Assembly (NCBI RefSeq): GCF_006345805.1 | Contig: NC_043021.1 | Coordinates: 15,934,001 to 15,998,000, forward strand | DNA from: Octopus sinensis | Lineage: Eukaryota | Length of the DNA stretch: 64,000 nt | Reading direction: 5' to 3' | In this document: piece after piece, positions 36,471 to 48,880 of the stretch | Layout: each line of letters starts with the position of its first letter | Position numbering within the stretch: the stretch's first letter is position 1 | Notes under the pieces: model-generated | Told to the model about the DNA's origin: nothing | What the model saw: only the letters and a program-made list of their open reading frames with translations | Database searches by the model: none | Translations under genes and position numbers: made by a program

Positions 36471-38066
36471 ATTATTTATAGTTACTGTTATACCAAGCAG
36501 ACTCCACTATCAACTCATGACCCTTTTTTTTTATTCACATATAAGTGCAGCCATGGTTGTGTAGTAATGAGTTTGCTTCTCAACCCCACATGGTTCCAGG
36601 CTCACTGTTACTGCATGATACCTTGAGTAAATGTCTTCTACAATAGCCACAGGTTGACCAATGCCTTGTGAGGGAATTTGGTAGACAAACTGAATGTTTG
36701 TGTTGGTCACTTCACCACTGCTTGACAACTGATGTTAGTTTCTTTGCATCCCTGTAAATTACCAGTTTGGCAAAAGAGACCGATATAAGTAACAGGCTTA
36801 AAAGAAAAAAATGTACGAATGATTAAGAAGTTTGCTTGGCAACCACATAGTTTCAGGTTCAGTCCCACTGTGCAGCACCTTTGGTGAGTATCTCCTAATT
36901 TCCTGAGTTGCCCAGAGACTTGTGAATAAATTTGGTAGGCAGAAACTGAAATGAAGCCTACCATGTGTATATGTATACTCCCTCCATATGCAACAAGCTT
37001 CCCCGAAGTTTGTCTACTAATTCCATTCACCAAGCTTGCTGCTATAGTTGAAGGCGCTTGCCCAGGAAGCCATGCTGTGGGATTGAACTTGAAACCACAT
37101 GGTTGTGAAGTGAACTTCATGACATCACACCCATTGCTTGCTCCTGTAATAGTTGCACTAAATAAGGGTGCTGGGCTGGCAGCAGAATCATTATCATACT
37201 AGAAAAAAAGCTTAGGGGAATTTCTTCCAATTTTGCATTTTGAGTTCAAATGTCGCAGGGGCCAACTTTGCCTTTCATCCTTTTGGTGGTGGTGGTGGTG
37301 GTAGTGGGGCAGGGTCGATAAAATAAGTACCAGTTAAGCACTGGGATCAATATAATTGTCTAGCCCCCTCACTCAAAATTTGAACCAATATTTGTTCTAA
37401 ATACTGCCATAAAAGATTATCTCCTGCTCCATAATTAATCACCTTATTTAGCATGCTTAGGTCTGTTCATATTTTCTTAATACAGAGTATATTCTAACTG
37501 ATCAGCCGATAGATTTAATCGCATGTTCGATATGGCAAAACTAAAATGAAAAACGAAAATATTGTTCCAAAATGTTGTACTTTTACTGAATGAATTCATC
37601 TGACAACAGCTGTTGTTTGTTCAGGTCGACTTGATAGAGATGACATATAAACAAAAGCAGGTCAGCTGTGACCACCTCCATTTTTTTTTTATAGATGCAT
37701 CCAGGACCAGATTATGTAACAAACCCCTTTTCTAATTTAAATTAGCAAGGTGTGATTTGATAGAGATTTTGGTTGCTATTTTTAAGCAAGCTGGGTGCCC
37801 ATATTTGGAGGCTTTATTGTTGGTTTGTGAAAAGGTTAGGCAAAGGAGCATTGAAGAGTAAGTCCTGGAACCAATACGTGATCCTGATCACGTTTCCCCT
37901 GAACCGGACTCGGGTTCATTGCAGGGTTGTTCAAGGGGAAGGGACACATTGAATGCATTAAACCCAGTACTTGACTGCTACTTTATTTTATCAATTGTGA
38001 AGGGACGAAAGGCAAAGTTGACCTAGGCAGGATTTGAACTCAAAATGTTAAGAACTGGAAGAAATA

Positions 38067-38291
38067 CCTATTTCTATTTCTTTACTACCCACAAGGGGCT
38101 AAGCACAGAGGGGACAGACAAAGGGATTAAGTCGATTACATCGACCCCAGTGCGTAACTGGTACTTAATTTATCGACCCCGAAAGGATGAAAGGCAAAGT
38201 CGACCTCGGCGGAATTTGAACTCAGAACGTAACGGCAGATGAAATACGGCTATGCCTTTCGCCCGGCGTGCTAAGGATTCTTCCAGCTTGC
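38067..38291 (-). mobile_element. Young tRNA-derived SINE (ggcgagctggcagaa head)
   Basis: Near-identical to copies at 24440-24690, 38589-38821 and 55785-56015. B-box-like gagttcaaattcc. Confidence 0.8.
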
Positions 38292-38588
38292 TTGTAATAA
38301 TAATTTTTTCTACTGTGGGCACAAGGCCTGAATTTTTGAGGGCTGGAGGCTTGTTGGTTACATCAATCCTCAGTGCTCAACAGGTACTTAATTTTCATCT
38401 ACCCAAAGAGAATGAAAGGCAAAGTTGATCTTGGTAAAATTTGAACTCAGAATAAAGACGGATGAAATGCTTGGTGGCATTTCATCTGGTGTGCTGACAA
38501 TACTGGGGGCGCACCACCTTAACAAACAGCAACATCAGTGATAATGTTTCATTTGACTGAGCACATCAACAAATGGTTACTATTGTTT

Positions 38589-38821
38589 GGCGGCGAGCTG
38601 GCAGAATCGTTAGCACGTCGGGTGAAATGCTTAGCGGTATTTCGGCTGCCGTTACGTTGTGAGTTCAAATTCCGCCGAGGTCGACTTTGCCTTTCATCCT
38701 TTCGGGGTCGATAAATTAAGTACCAGTTAAGCACTGGGGTCGATATAATCGACTTAATACCTATGTCTGTCCATGTTTGTCCCCTCTATGTTTAGCCCCT
38801 TGTGGGTAATAAAGAAATAGG
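38589..38821 (+). mobile_element. Same SINE family, inverted relative to 38067-38291
   Basis: Full head-to-tail match in the opposite orientation. Confidence 0.8.
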
Positions 38822-41800
38822 TTACTATTGTTAGTATATCAAGCAGTGGAGCTAGCTGAGACAGTAAGAATCTTTTACATTTGGTGGGGGGCTGGTTGAT
38901 TACATTGACCCGAAGAGGATGAAAGGTAAGTTGATCTTGACAGAATTTGAACTCAGAACATAAAGATGGACAAAATACTCAGTGGCATTTCATCTGGTAT
39001 ATTAATGATTCTGTCAGCTTGCTACCGTAACAACAATAACAACAGTAGCAATAATAATAATGCTTCATTTGATTGATCAAATCATCAAACAATAATTATT
39101 AATTGCCTTACTGGCACTTGAGCCCCGTGCTAGTAGGGTGCTAAGAGAACCATCCGAGCGTAATCGTTGCCAGAGTGGCTAACTGGCTTCCATGCCGGTG
39201 GCACGTAAAAGGCACCATTCGAGCGTGATTGTTACCAGCATCACTTTACTGTCACCTGTGCTGGTGGCATGTGTAAAAGGATTTGAGCGAGGTTGTTGCT
39301 CGTAACCACCTGACTGGCCCCTCTACCGGTGGCATGTAAAAGCACCCACTACACTCTCGGAGTGGTTGGTGTTAGGAAGGGCATCCAGCTGTAGAAACTC
39401 TGCCAGATCAAGATTGGAGCCTGGTGCAGCCATCTGGTTCGCCAGCCCTCAGTCAAATCGTCCAACCCATGCTGGCATGGAAAGCGGACGTTAAACGATG
39501 AACAAGCAGTGAAGCTAGCTGAGACAGTAAGACTGCTTTACATTCTGTTTCATCCCACAGGGATTTGAGTTCAAATCGCAGCAGCAGACTCACTGAGCTA
39601 AGCATTTTGTCCAATATGTTAATGATTCTGCCAGCTCTCTGCCTTGTTTTGAAAATAGCTATATCCAAATATATTTTGTTTCCCATACTTACCTTCCTGT
39701 TTTGTTGTAAGAATTCATTGTTTTCAATAGTTCAGCTGCTATTATAATTGCGGCAAGCAGCTGTCAATTTGAAAAAGATAGCTAGGAGTGTATTTAAGCA
39801 TCTCTTCTGCTTGCATTAGTCTTTGTGTGTGTGTGTGTGTAGTCATGTGATGGTGCATATCTGTTTCTTGGTATATTTCGTTTTTGGATTTGGTTTGCAA
39901 GATTCTTTATATGAGTTTGTGTGTTGAAGCATATTCTGTTGTGTCTGGGGAGAGTCATTCTCTTTTAGTGCCTTATTATTTAACACACTCAAGACTATTG
40001 AAAAGGTTGCAAGATGCAATGAAAATTTTAGAAAATAATAAGAAAAAATAAGAAATAAGTGGAAATTTTACCGGTGAGTGTGTTAAATAATAAGGCACTA
40101 AAGGAGTATGACTCTCCCCAGACACAACAGAATATTTCTTGGTATGTTTTAGTGAAAATATTTGGCCAATGAGGCACAAATGCACAGATGATGTGTGAGT
40201 GTCTTGAAGCTACAGTTATGTCAAAATAATACTTAAATTAGTGTTAGGGGTTTCTGTTGCTCAAGGCTGATCATGCCCTGACATACATATGTATGTAGAA
40301 CTGGCTGTGTGATTGAGAAGCTTGCTTCCTAACCATGTGGTCTCTGGTCCAATCCCACTGTGTGGCATCTTAACCCTTTCATTACCAACCCGGCTGGAAC
40401 CGGCTCTGGCTTTCAAAAAGTTTTGAATTAAAATTTTCCACCAAACCTTAGTCACAATTTATGTTCCTAACACTAGCTTAATGATAACTAAGTTATTTTA
40501 CTAAATTCTTTGTTATATTTAAAGTAATTGAAAGAAACACAGAGCATCTCAACAGAAATATGGTAACAAAAGGGTCAAGGCATTAACCCTTTCATTACCG
40601 ACCCAGCTGAAACTGGTTCTGGCTCTGAGTACAAATGTCTTGTTTTCAAAAGTTTTGAATTAAAATCTTCCACCAAACCTTAGTCACAATTTATGTTCCT
40701 AACACTAGCTGAATGATAACTAAGTTATTTTACAAAATTCTTTGTTATATTTAAAGTAATTGAAAGAAACACAGAGCATCTCAACAGAAATACAGTAACG
40801 TAAGGGTTAAGCAAATGTCTTCCATCATAGCCCCAGGCTGACCAAGCCTTGAGAATGGGTTTGGTAGATGGAAACTGGAAGACACTTGTCGTGTGTGTGT
40901 GTATTGGTGTTAGGAAGGGCATCCAGCTGTAAGAACTGCCAAAACAGATACAAAAGTCTGGTGCAGGTTCCTGTCTGGCCAGCTCCTGTCAAACTGTCCA
41001 ACCCAAGCCATCATGGAAGGTGGACATTAAACGATGATATATATATATACATGGCTGCCCCCTCGTTATCGAGTATGGCCATTGCACAAAGCTTAATCAA
41101 TGTTGTTATCGTGCAATGCCTGTGCAAGAAGATTTTTTTTAAAGTGAGGAAAAGGCTGTGCACTGAGTCAATCTCACTCACTAAGCAACAGCAGCCATAA
41201 TCCGAAAAGAAGACCAAGTCGACATCATCGGTAACCACTGAGCCGCAGGTTTTATTTCGGATGTCCTAACAAAGGCTAGGAGTCCTTCACTCCCAATGGT
41301 TTAACCGCGCGATCGGGTATTCAGTCTGATTATTTCTATGTCCCTGCGCATGATACAGCCTTAAGACATTTATTGGATGGCCTTTGACGGGTTTTATTTT
41401 TCATCCCGTAGGGTGTCCAATAAACACCCTCCTCACCAAGCAAGCTTGGTGGGGTTGCCGGTTTAGTCGCCGACGACCCGACCATGCAACAGGTTGTACT
41501 GGGTTACATGTTACCAGTAGCACTCGAAAGTGACCTGACATAATATACATACGTGCATACATACCAATGTCAACATGGAATAAGTACATTAAATGATGAT
41601 GTGTGTTTGCGTGTATCCTTGTCCTGACATCACATGATGGTTGAAAATGAGCATCACTATCATACAAGCAGTGTTGTTTGTTTCCAAGCTTCTGTGGAAA
41701 ACCTGTCTGGCCATGGGGGAAATATTACCTTATATGGAAACAGGTAAGTATTGATAACAAGGACATCCATATGAAGAAAATCTGTCTCAACAAATTCTGC

Positions 41801-43520
41801 CTGACCCATGCATGCATGGAATAGTTGATGTCAAATGATGATGGTGATGAAGCCTGGTAGTTGTTCCTGCATGCGAGTCCTCCTCTTCCTCCTCCATGCC
41901 ACCAATGTTACTAAACTAAACTAGTGTTAGGAATATAATTTAAAAAGGTTCTTGCATAAAATTATGATGATGGTAAGTTTAACTTATCAATATAAAAATA
42001 CTTTAAAACAAGAGGTTTTATATCATAGGACCAAGAAGGATCTTAGACAGGCTGGTGTAAAAAAGGGGGCAAGTTCTAAGTCTTAGAGAATTAGCATGTC
42101 CACTAAATAAAGACTAGATCCCTGTAATCTTGAACATGAACAGTTTTTAAATTCAGTTGTTGGCCATGTATAGGTCTCGTCATGTAGAACTGACCATGGT
42201 TAATCATAATGGTTGTCATCAGTGGCGACTCTGGCACGTGGGCTGTTCGGGCTTAGCCTGTGTATAAATTTAATAAAGTGAACGTGTATTTGCAAGCTGG
42301 TTTAATTTCTGCCAACACTAACTTCAAGTATGTAATTTCAGCCAATAACTTGGCTCCTTTTACTGAGCCTGGTTGCAGTACATTATTTTCGTTCATTGTT
42401 TGGCGGTCATCTTAGAGGTGCCCTATGTCAAGAAATATTATTTGTAGCAGACTTCCTCTCAATATCATTCACATGTGCCTCACTCAGGCTCAGAAGTTAC
42501 AGTCCGAGTTATTTATAATTGTAAAAATTAAAAGCAATTCAAATTCAATGTTTTCTTGAAACAAATTTCTATAGAGATTAGGATTTAAATTCCAGTCTAT
42601 GAAAAGTTTCCGTTCTACAATATTCTTAAAAGGATGGATTTATCCAGCACCTCGGGCTAATACAAACAAGCCTGGTAGGTGTAAAAAAAAAATAGCTGGC
42701 ATCTCTTGTCAAGAGTACAGGCGACAGTCAGATCGCTGATGTTGTGCACTCTATTGTTGTTATTTGATTACTGTTATTCTGTGTGTCTGTGCGTGAAGAT
42801 CAGTTGTGTTTTGCAGGGTTGCTTTATTTTAACCCTTAACTTAGAAATGGAGAAAGACATAATGCTAGGATATAAAAAAATAAGCCATTTGGGGCTAGAA
42901 ATATTGCGGTAAAACACGAAGTTCTTTGAGCAGGCACGAGTCTTATGCGAAATCTGTAATGAGCCCAAGTGACGCTGATGACTTGGAGTTGCCTCTCATT
43001 GTCATCATTTAATCACTGGTATCATTGTCATCATTTAATCGCTGGTATCATTGTCTTCATTGCTGTCATTAACATTATCATCACTATTGTCATCGTCATT
43101 TATTGTCATATTGTGACAGGTTAGTGTCATTTCAATGGGTGAAATCGCATTGTGCAGAACCAGTTTTCTATTCAAGTAATAAGTTCAATGACATTACAAA
43201 CTCAGTGTTTCTTTTATTCAAATTTGTAAAGTGTTGCATTTTATTATTTAGCTTCAGTAGTAAACAGTTGAAGTTCTGAAAATACCCATTGACAAAAAGA
43301 TAAAAGGCAGAAAAAGATATTGGCTCTTAGATAAACTATTTAAAAATACTCCAGATGAGTTCATTGTGTAACACTTACATAATGAGCAACAGTTAATTAA
43401 GAAACATATGTAGTTTACATTTTACCTGTTCCACACCCTTTATTTGGATTTTTATTCACATTTTTTGTAGCATTAGTTGCTAACAGTGAGCTTATCTATA
43501 TGTGTGTATCTGTCTCTTTT

Positions 43521-43592
<72 letters not shown>

Positions 43593-43672
43593 CAAAATGT
43601 GAGCGTGTGTATACCGTTGGCGATTTTTTTTTTTCCTCCACCTTCCCTTCTTTGGATCTTTCCTTTTCCTAT

Positions 43673-43707
43673 GTTTCTGACAAAGAGCTCCGCTCGAAAC
43701 GTTAAGT
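43673..43707 (+). ncRNA. Degenerate minimal type I hammerhead-ribozyme-like motif
   Basis: gttt-CTGAC[A]A-a-GAGC-tcc-GCTC-GAA-ACGT-T-aagt: core boxes, a 4-bp stem II and a palindromic helix III. The conserved G8 is A here. Confidence 0.45.
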
Positions 43708-43783
43708 CCTCCTTCTTTCCTGAGCATCCAATAATACTATACTTGTTCCACGTCCTCGCGTTGTTGTGTTTTCATGTTTGGAT

Positions 43784-43830
<47 letters not shown>

Positions 43831-45801
43831 GTATCTAACTATGCGTCTTTGTGTCTGTGTTTGTCCCCCACCACACACACACATGAAATTTTAATAGGAA
43901 GTTTTAATTTAGATCAAAACCTAGAATTTGTAACAAAGCAAGGGCAGTCTTGGGCAGTTTGGCCTCAAAAGGGTTTAGAATAATTTTACTCTTGTTTTGG
44001 GAATATTTTCTGATACATTTTTTTTCCCTTGTATTTTAAATCGTTTCTTTGGAATTAAAGACAGGCTTTTGTTGCTCATGCTGAACTCAATTCTCATAGT
44101 GAGTGTGTAGTATGTTGACACCACCACCTCCACCACCTGACATAGTACCAATTAGCATGAAATTGGAACAGTTTATAAAATCAGACTCAGCAATTATGTG
44201 GCAAGTCAGATTATATTACAGCTTAGAAACTTACGTCAAAAGTAGGGAACCGACTGTGTGCATTTCCTGTGGCCTGGTTGCTTTGCTATGAAGTGGATTT
44301 AATTTTTTTTGTTTTATCTATCTAACAATACATTCACCATTTTTTTCTGTTGTTGAATATTCTTGCTATTAATAACGATGAATAACACTAATTATTACTA
44401 TTTATAATTCAGTATTTTAGTATTATTATTACTATTACTGTTGTTATCAAGATGGCATGGTAACAGAATCATAAGTGCGCTGGGCAAAATACTTGGTATC
44501 ATTTCTTCCAGCTCTTTATATTCTGAGTTCAAGTACTACTGGGGTCAGTTTTACCTTTCATTCCTCCAGGGTTGATAAAATACAGTGCCAACCATGTACT
44601 GCAGTTAATGTAATTGAACACGCTCCCTTACAAAATTTCTGGCCTTGTGCCTCTACCAGAAATTATTATTATTATTATTATTATAGGGTGGGAAGCTGGC
44701 AGAATTGTTTGTGTGCCTGGTGAAATGCTTAGTAGTATTTTGTCTGTCTTCATGTTGCGAGTTCCAATTCTGTACCAGTTTCGTGCTGGGGGTTGATATA
44801 ATCAATTACCCCCTGTCCCCCCCAAATTTCAGGCTTTGTGCCTGTAGTAGGAAGGATTGTTAAGTCAGCAAGCTGGCAGAATCATTAGCACACTAGGCAA
44901 AATGCTTTGCAGTGTTCATCTGTCTTCACATTCTGAGTTCAAATTCCACCGAGGTCGACTTTACCTTTCATCCTTTCAGGCTCGATTAAATAAGTACCTG
45001 TCACGCACTGGGGTCAGTGTAATCGACCCAATCCCTTCCCCCAAATTTCAGCTCTTGTGCCTATAGTAGAAAGGATTATTATTATTATTATTATCTCGAG
45101 AATGTAATGGCATGACTAGACTGGCATCCACCAGGCTACAATACAGAGCTTAAACTCAGGGCTTGCCATTTTTTGCTTTATGATACTCATAAACACAGTA
45201 TACGGTATTTTTTGTCTTCCTAGTTTCAATCACTGAATCATGGCCATGCTGGGGCACCACCTTCAAGGATAGTGATGGGGGGAAACCCTTTGACAGGTGT
45301 GTTTGCATTGATACACGGCTAGTTTTTTTGCAGGTGACACATGGACTGAAAAAAAAAAGAAAAAGCATCTCCCTACAATGTCATGTTATAAAAAGCTTAT
45401 CTGTAAGCATTTGTCTAAACAAACAGATATGTGTACATATCAATGGACACTCTGATAAGAGGATTATTAAAAGAAATTAAAATTTCGATCCATCGGATTA
45501 ATATGGTTTTGCCATCGTTGTTCTAGATTATATCTGATTACATTGATCTCTTCCATCTGTCTCATCACCTTAGTACTTTTATTGATTGGAATGTATTTTT
45601 TTCATTGATCTTGGAAGGATGAAAGGTAAAGTGAATGTGGGTGGGATTTGGTTACAGGATGGCATGGAATGTAACCAAATACCACATGGTATTTTACTTA
45701 ATGCTCTGTTGATTCTGTCATTCACCTGCCATATAATAACAATAATCCTTTCTAATATAGGTACAAGGGCTGAGATTTTTGTGGGGAGGGGACTGGGCAA
45801 T

Positions 45802-46148
45802 TGTTGGGTTGGCAACTAAGTTCCGGCCGTTTTTTTTAAATTAAAATTTTTTAAAAGGTTTAATAAAAAGTAACAACTAATTAATCAATAATGTATTCAC
45901 CCTTGTTGTTTACAACTTCTTCCCAACGTTCAACAAGATTTTCAATACCTTGTTGGTAGAAATCACCCGATTTTGACTCGTAAAATTGATCCAACCAAGC
46001 TCTCAATTCTGCATCAGTATTGAACGAAACTCCGCGCATAGCATTTGAAAGTGATCGAAAGAGTGGAAATCCATTGGTGCTAAATCAGGAGAGTATGGTG
46101 GGTGTGGCAGCACTTCCCAGCCATGCATTTGAATGGCTTCCTTGGTCA
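45802..46148 (-). mobile_element. Mariner 3' fragment with TIR
   Basis: Reads HGWEVLPHPPYSPDLAPMDFH...QQGIENLVERWEEVVNNKGEYIID*. Terminus gttgggttggcaactaag. Confidence 0.85.
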
Positions 46149-46378
46149 TATTGGCACCAGTGGTCATTCTACGATAGGCACATGGCCTGAAATTTTGTGG
46201 ATGGGGCTAGTTGATTACATTGACCCCCAGTGCTTGACTGGTACGTATTTTATTGAACCTGAACAGCTGAAAGGCAAAGTTCGCCTTGGTGGAATTTGAA
46301 CTCAAAATGTAAAGACTAATGAAATGCCACTACATATTTTACCTGACATTCTAACGATTCTGCCAGCTCACTGCGTTA

Positions 46379-48880
46379 ATCATCATCATCATCATCATCA
46401 TCATCGTTTAACGTCCGCTTTCCATGCTAGCATGGGTTGGACGGTTCAACTGGGGTCTGGCAAGCCCGAAGGCTGCACCAGGCCAGTCAGATCTGGCAGT
46501 GTTTCTACAGCTGGATGCCCTTCCTAACGCCAACCACTCCGAGAGTGTAGTGGGTGATTTTATGTGCCACCGACACAGGTGCCAGACGAGGCTGGCAGAC
46601 GGCCATGCTCGGATGGTGTTTTTTATGTGCCACCGACAAGGTGCCAGACGAGGCTGGCTGACGGCCATGCTCGGATGGTGTTTTCTTATGTGTCACCGAC
46701 ACAGGTGCCAGACGGGCTGGCGGACGGCCACGCTCGGATGGTGTTTGTTATGTGCCCTCAGCACGGAGGCCAGTCGTTGCGGTACTGGCTACGATCACGT
46801 TCGGATGGTTTTCTTATGTGCCACCGGCACTGGTACCACAAGGATACAAATTCCATTGATGTTCATCTATTTTGATTTGGTTCGATTTGATTTGATTTGA
46901 TTTGATTCGATTCTCACTTGCCTCAACAGGTCTTCACAAGTGTCACAAGAAGGAAGGTATGCACAGGTGGACTGACTACGTCCCAGGTAGGGGCCACGGA
47001 TTATGGCTTCACTAGTCTTGCCGGGTCTTCTCACGCACAGCATACTTCCATAGGTCTCGGTCTCTAGTCATTTCCATGGTGAGACCTAACGTCCGAAGGT
47101 CGTGCTTCACCACTTCGTCCCAGGTTTTCCTGGGTCTACCTCTTCCACGGGTTCCCTCAACTGCTAGGGATTGGTACTTTCTCACACACCTATCTTCATC
47201 CATTCTCGCCACATGACCATACCAGCGCAATCGTCTCTCTTGCACACAACAACTGATGCTTCTTAGGTACACATTTCTCTCAAGGTACTAACGCTCTGTC
47301 GAGTAAGTACACTGACATTACACATCCATCGGAGCATACTGGCTTCGTTCCTCACAAGCTTACGCATGTCCTCAGCAGTCACGGCCCATGTTTCACTGCC
47401 ATGTAGCATAGCTGTTCGTACACATGCATCATACAGTCTGCCTTTTACTCTGAGCGAGAGGCCTTTAGTCACCAGCAGAGGTAAGAGCTCCCTAAACTTT
47501 GCCCAGGCTATTCTTATTCTAGCAGTTACACTTTCAGCGCACCCGCCCCCACTACTGACTTGGTCACCTAGATAGCGGAAGCTATCAACTACTTCTAGTT
47601 TTTTCCCCCGGAAAGTGACGGAAGTTGTTTTCTGCAGATTTTCGGAGGTCAATGCTCCAGAGCATCTGCCACATACAAAAAAACTATCTTCCCAGTTAGC
47701 CTACCTTTGACATTGCTGCACCTCTTATGTGTCCATAGCTTACACTGGGTACATCTTATAGAGTTTCTACCTACACCTTTTCTACAGATCGAGCAGGGCC
47801 ATCTTCCTGAGGATATTTGTGGATTTTCTAACTTTCTACTTATTAGTACTTTGGTTTTAGCTAGGTTGACTCTAAGGCCCCTCGATTCTAAACCCTCATT
47901 CCACACCTGGAACTTCTCCTCCAGTTCTGATAGTGACTCAGCGATTAGAGCGAGGTCGTCAGCATAGAGGAGCTCCCAGGGGCAACCTGTCTTGAATTCC
48001 TCCACAATTGCCTGGAGGACTATGATAAATAGGAGGGGGCTGAGTACTGAACCCTGGTGGACCCCAACCTCTACCTTGAATTCTTCTGTGTACATGCTGC
48101 CAACTCTAACCTTACTTACGGCATCTCTGTACATGGCTTGCACAGCCCTCACCAGCCATTCATCTATCCCTAGTTTCCTCATTGACCACCAGATGAGGGA
48201 TCGGGGGACCCTATCAAAGGCTTTCTCCATGTCAACGAAAGCCAGGTACAGGGTCTTATCTTTGGCTAGGTATTTCTCCTGCAGCTGCCTTACCAGGAAT
48301 ATAGCATCAGTGGTGCTTTTCCCTGGGACAAACCCAAACTGCATCTCATCTAAACTAACTCTCTCTCTAATTAGTTGGGCTATGACCCTCTCTGTAACCT
48401 TCATTACCTGATCCAACAGCTTGATACCTCTGTAATTATTTGTATCCAGGGCATCACCTTTACCTTTGTAGCAGTTGACTAGTATGCTGCTACACCAGTC
48501 ATTGGGTATGACTCCTTCGTGTATCACCTGGTTGACTATACGGGTGACTAGGTTATAGCCAACACTGCCAGATATTTTGAGCATCTCTGCAGTAATTCCT
48601 GATGGGCCTGGGGCTTTCCCTGTCTTCATGCTTCTAATTGCCTTAGCTACCACGGAACTATCAACTCGGATAGCTGGTCCCTCTGTTGGGTCAACATTTG
48701 GCAGACTCTCTTTATCCCATTCATTTTCTTTATTCAGCAACCTTTCATAGTGGCATCTCCAAACCTCTCTCTTTGCATCCTCATTTAGCGCAAGTGAACC
48801 ATCATCCATGCGAACACACTTCTCTCCTACCACATCACGATTCTCTCTCACACACTGGCTCAGAACATTGGCAAATTTTT
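46379..48880 (-). mobile_element. 5'-truncated RTE-clade LINE: RT domain, C-terminus and ~600-bp 3' UTR with (ATG)n tail
   Basis: ORF pieces 47649-48851, 47263-47652 and 47012-47272 (two frameshifts) contain FVDMEKAFDRV, GVHQGSVLSPLLF, LLYADDL, a CxxC..CxxC..H..C insert, FRYLG and GRGRPRKTW. Confidence 0.93.

Noticed and set aside
41386-41535. HDV-like ribozyme
   Set aside because: Could not place P3/L3 and P1 in the required nested order on either strand.
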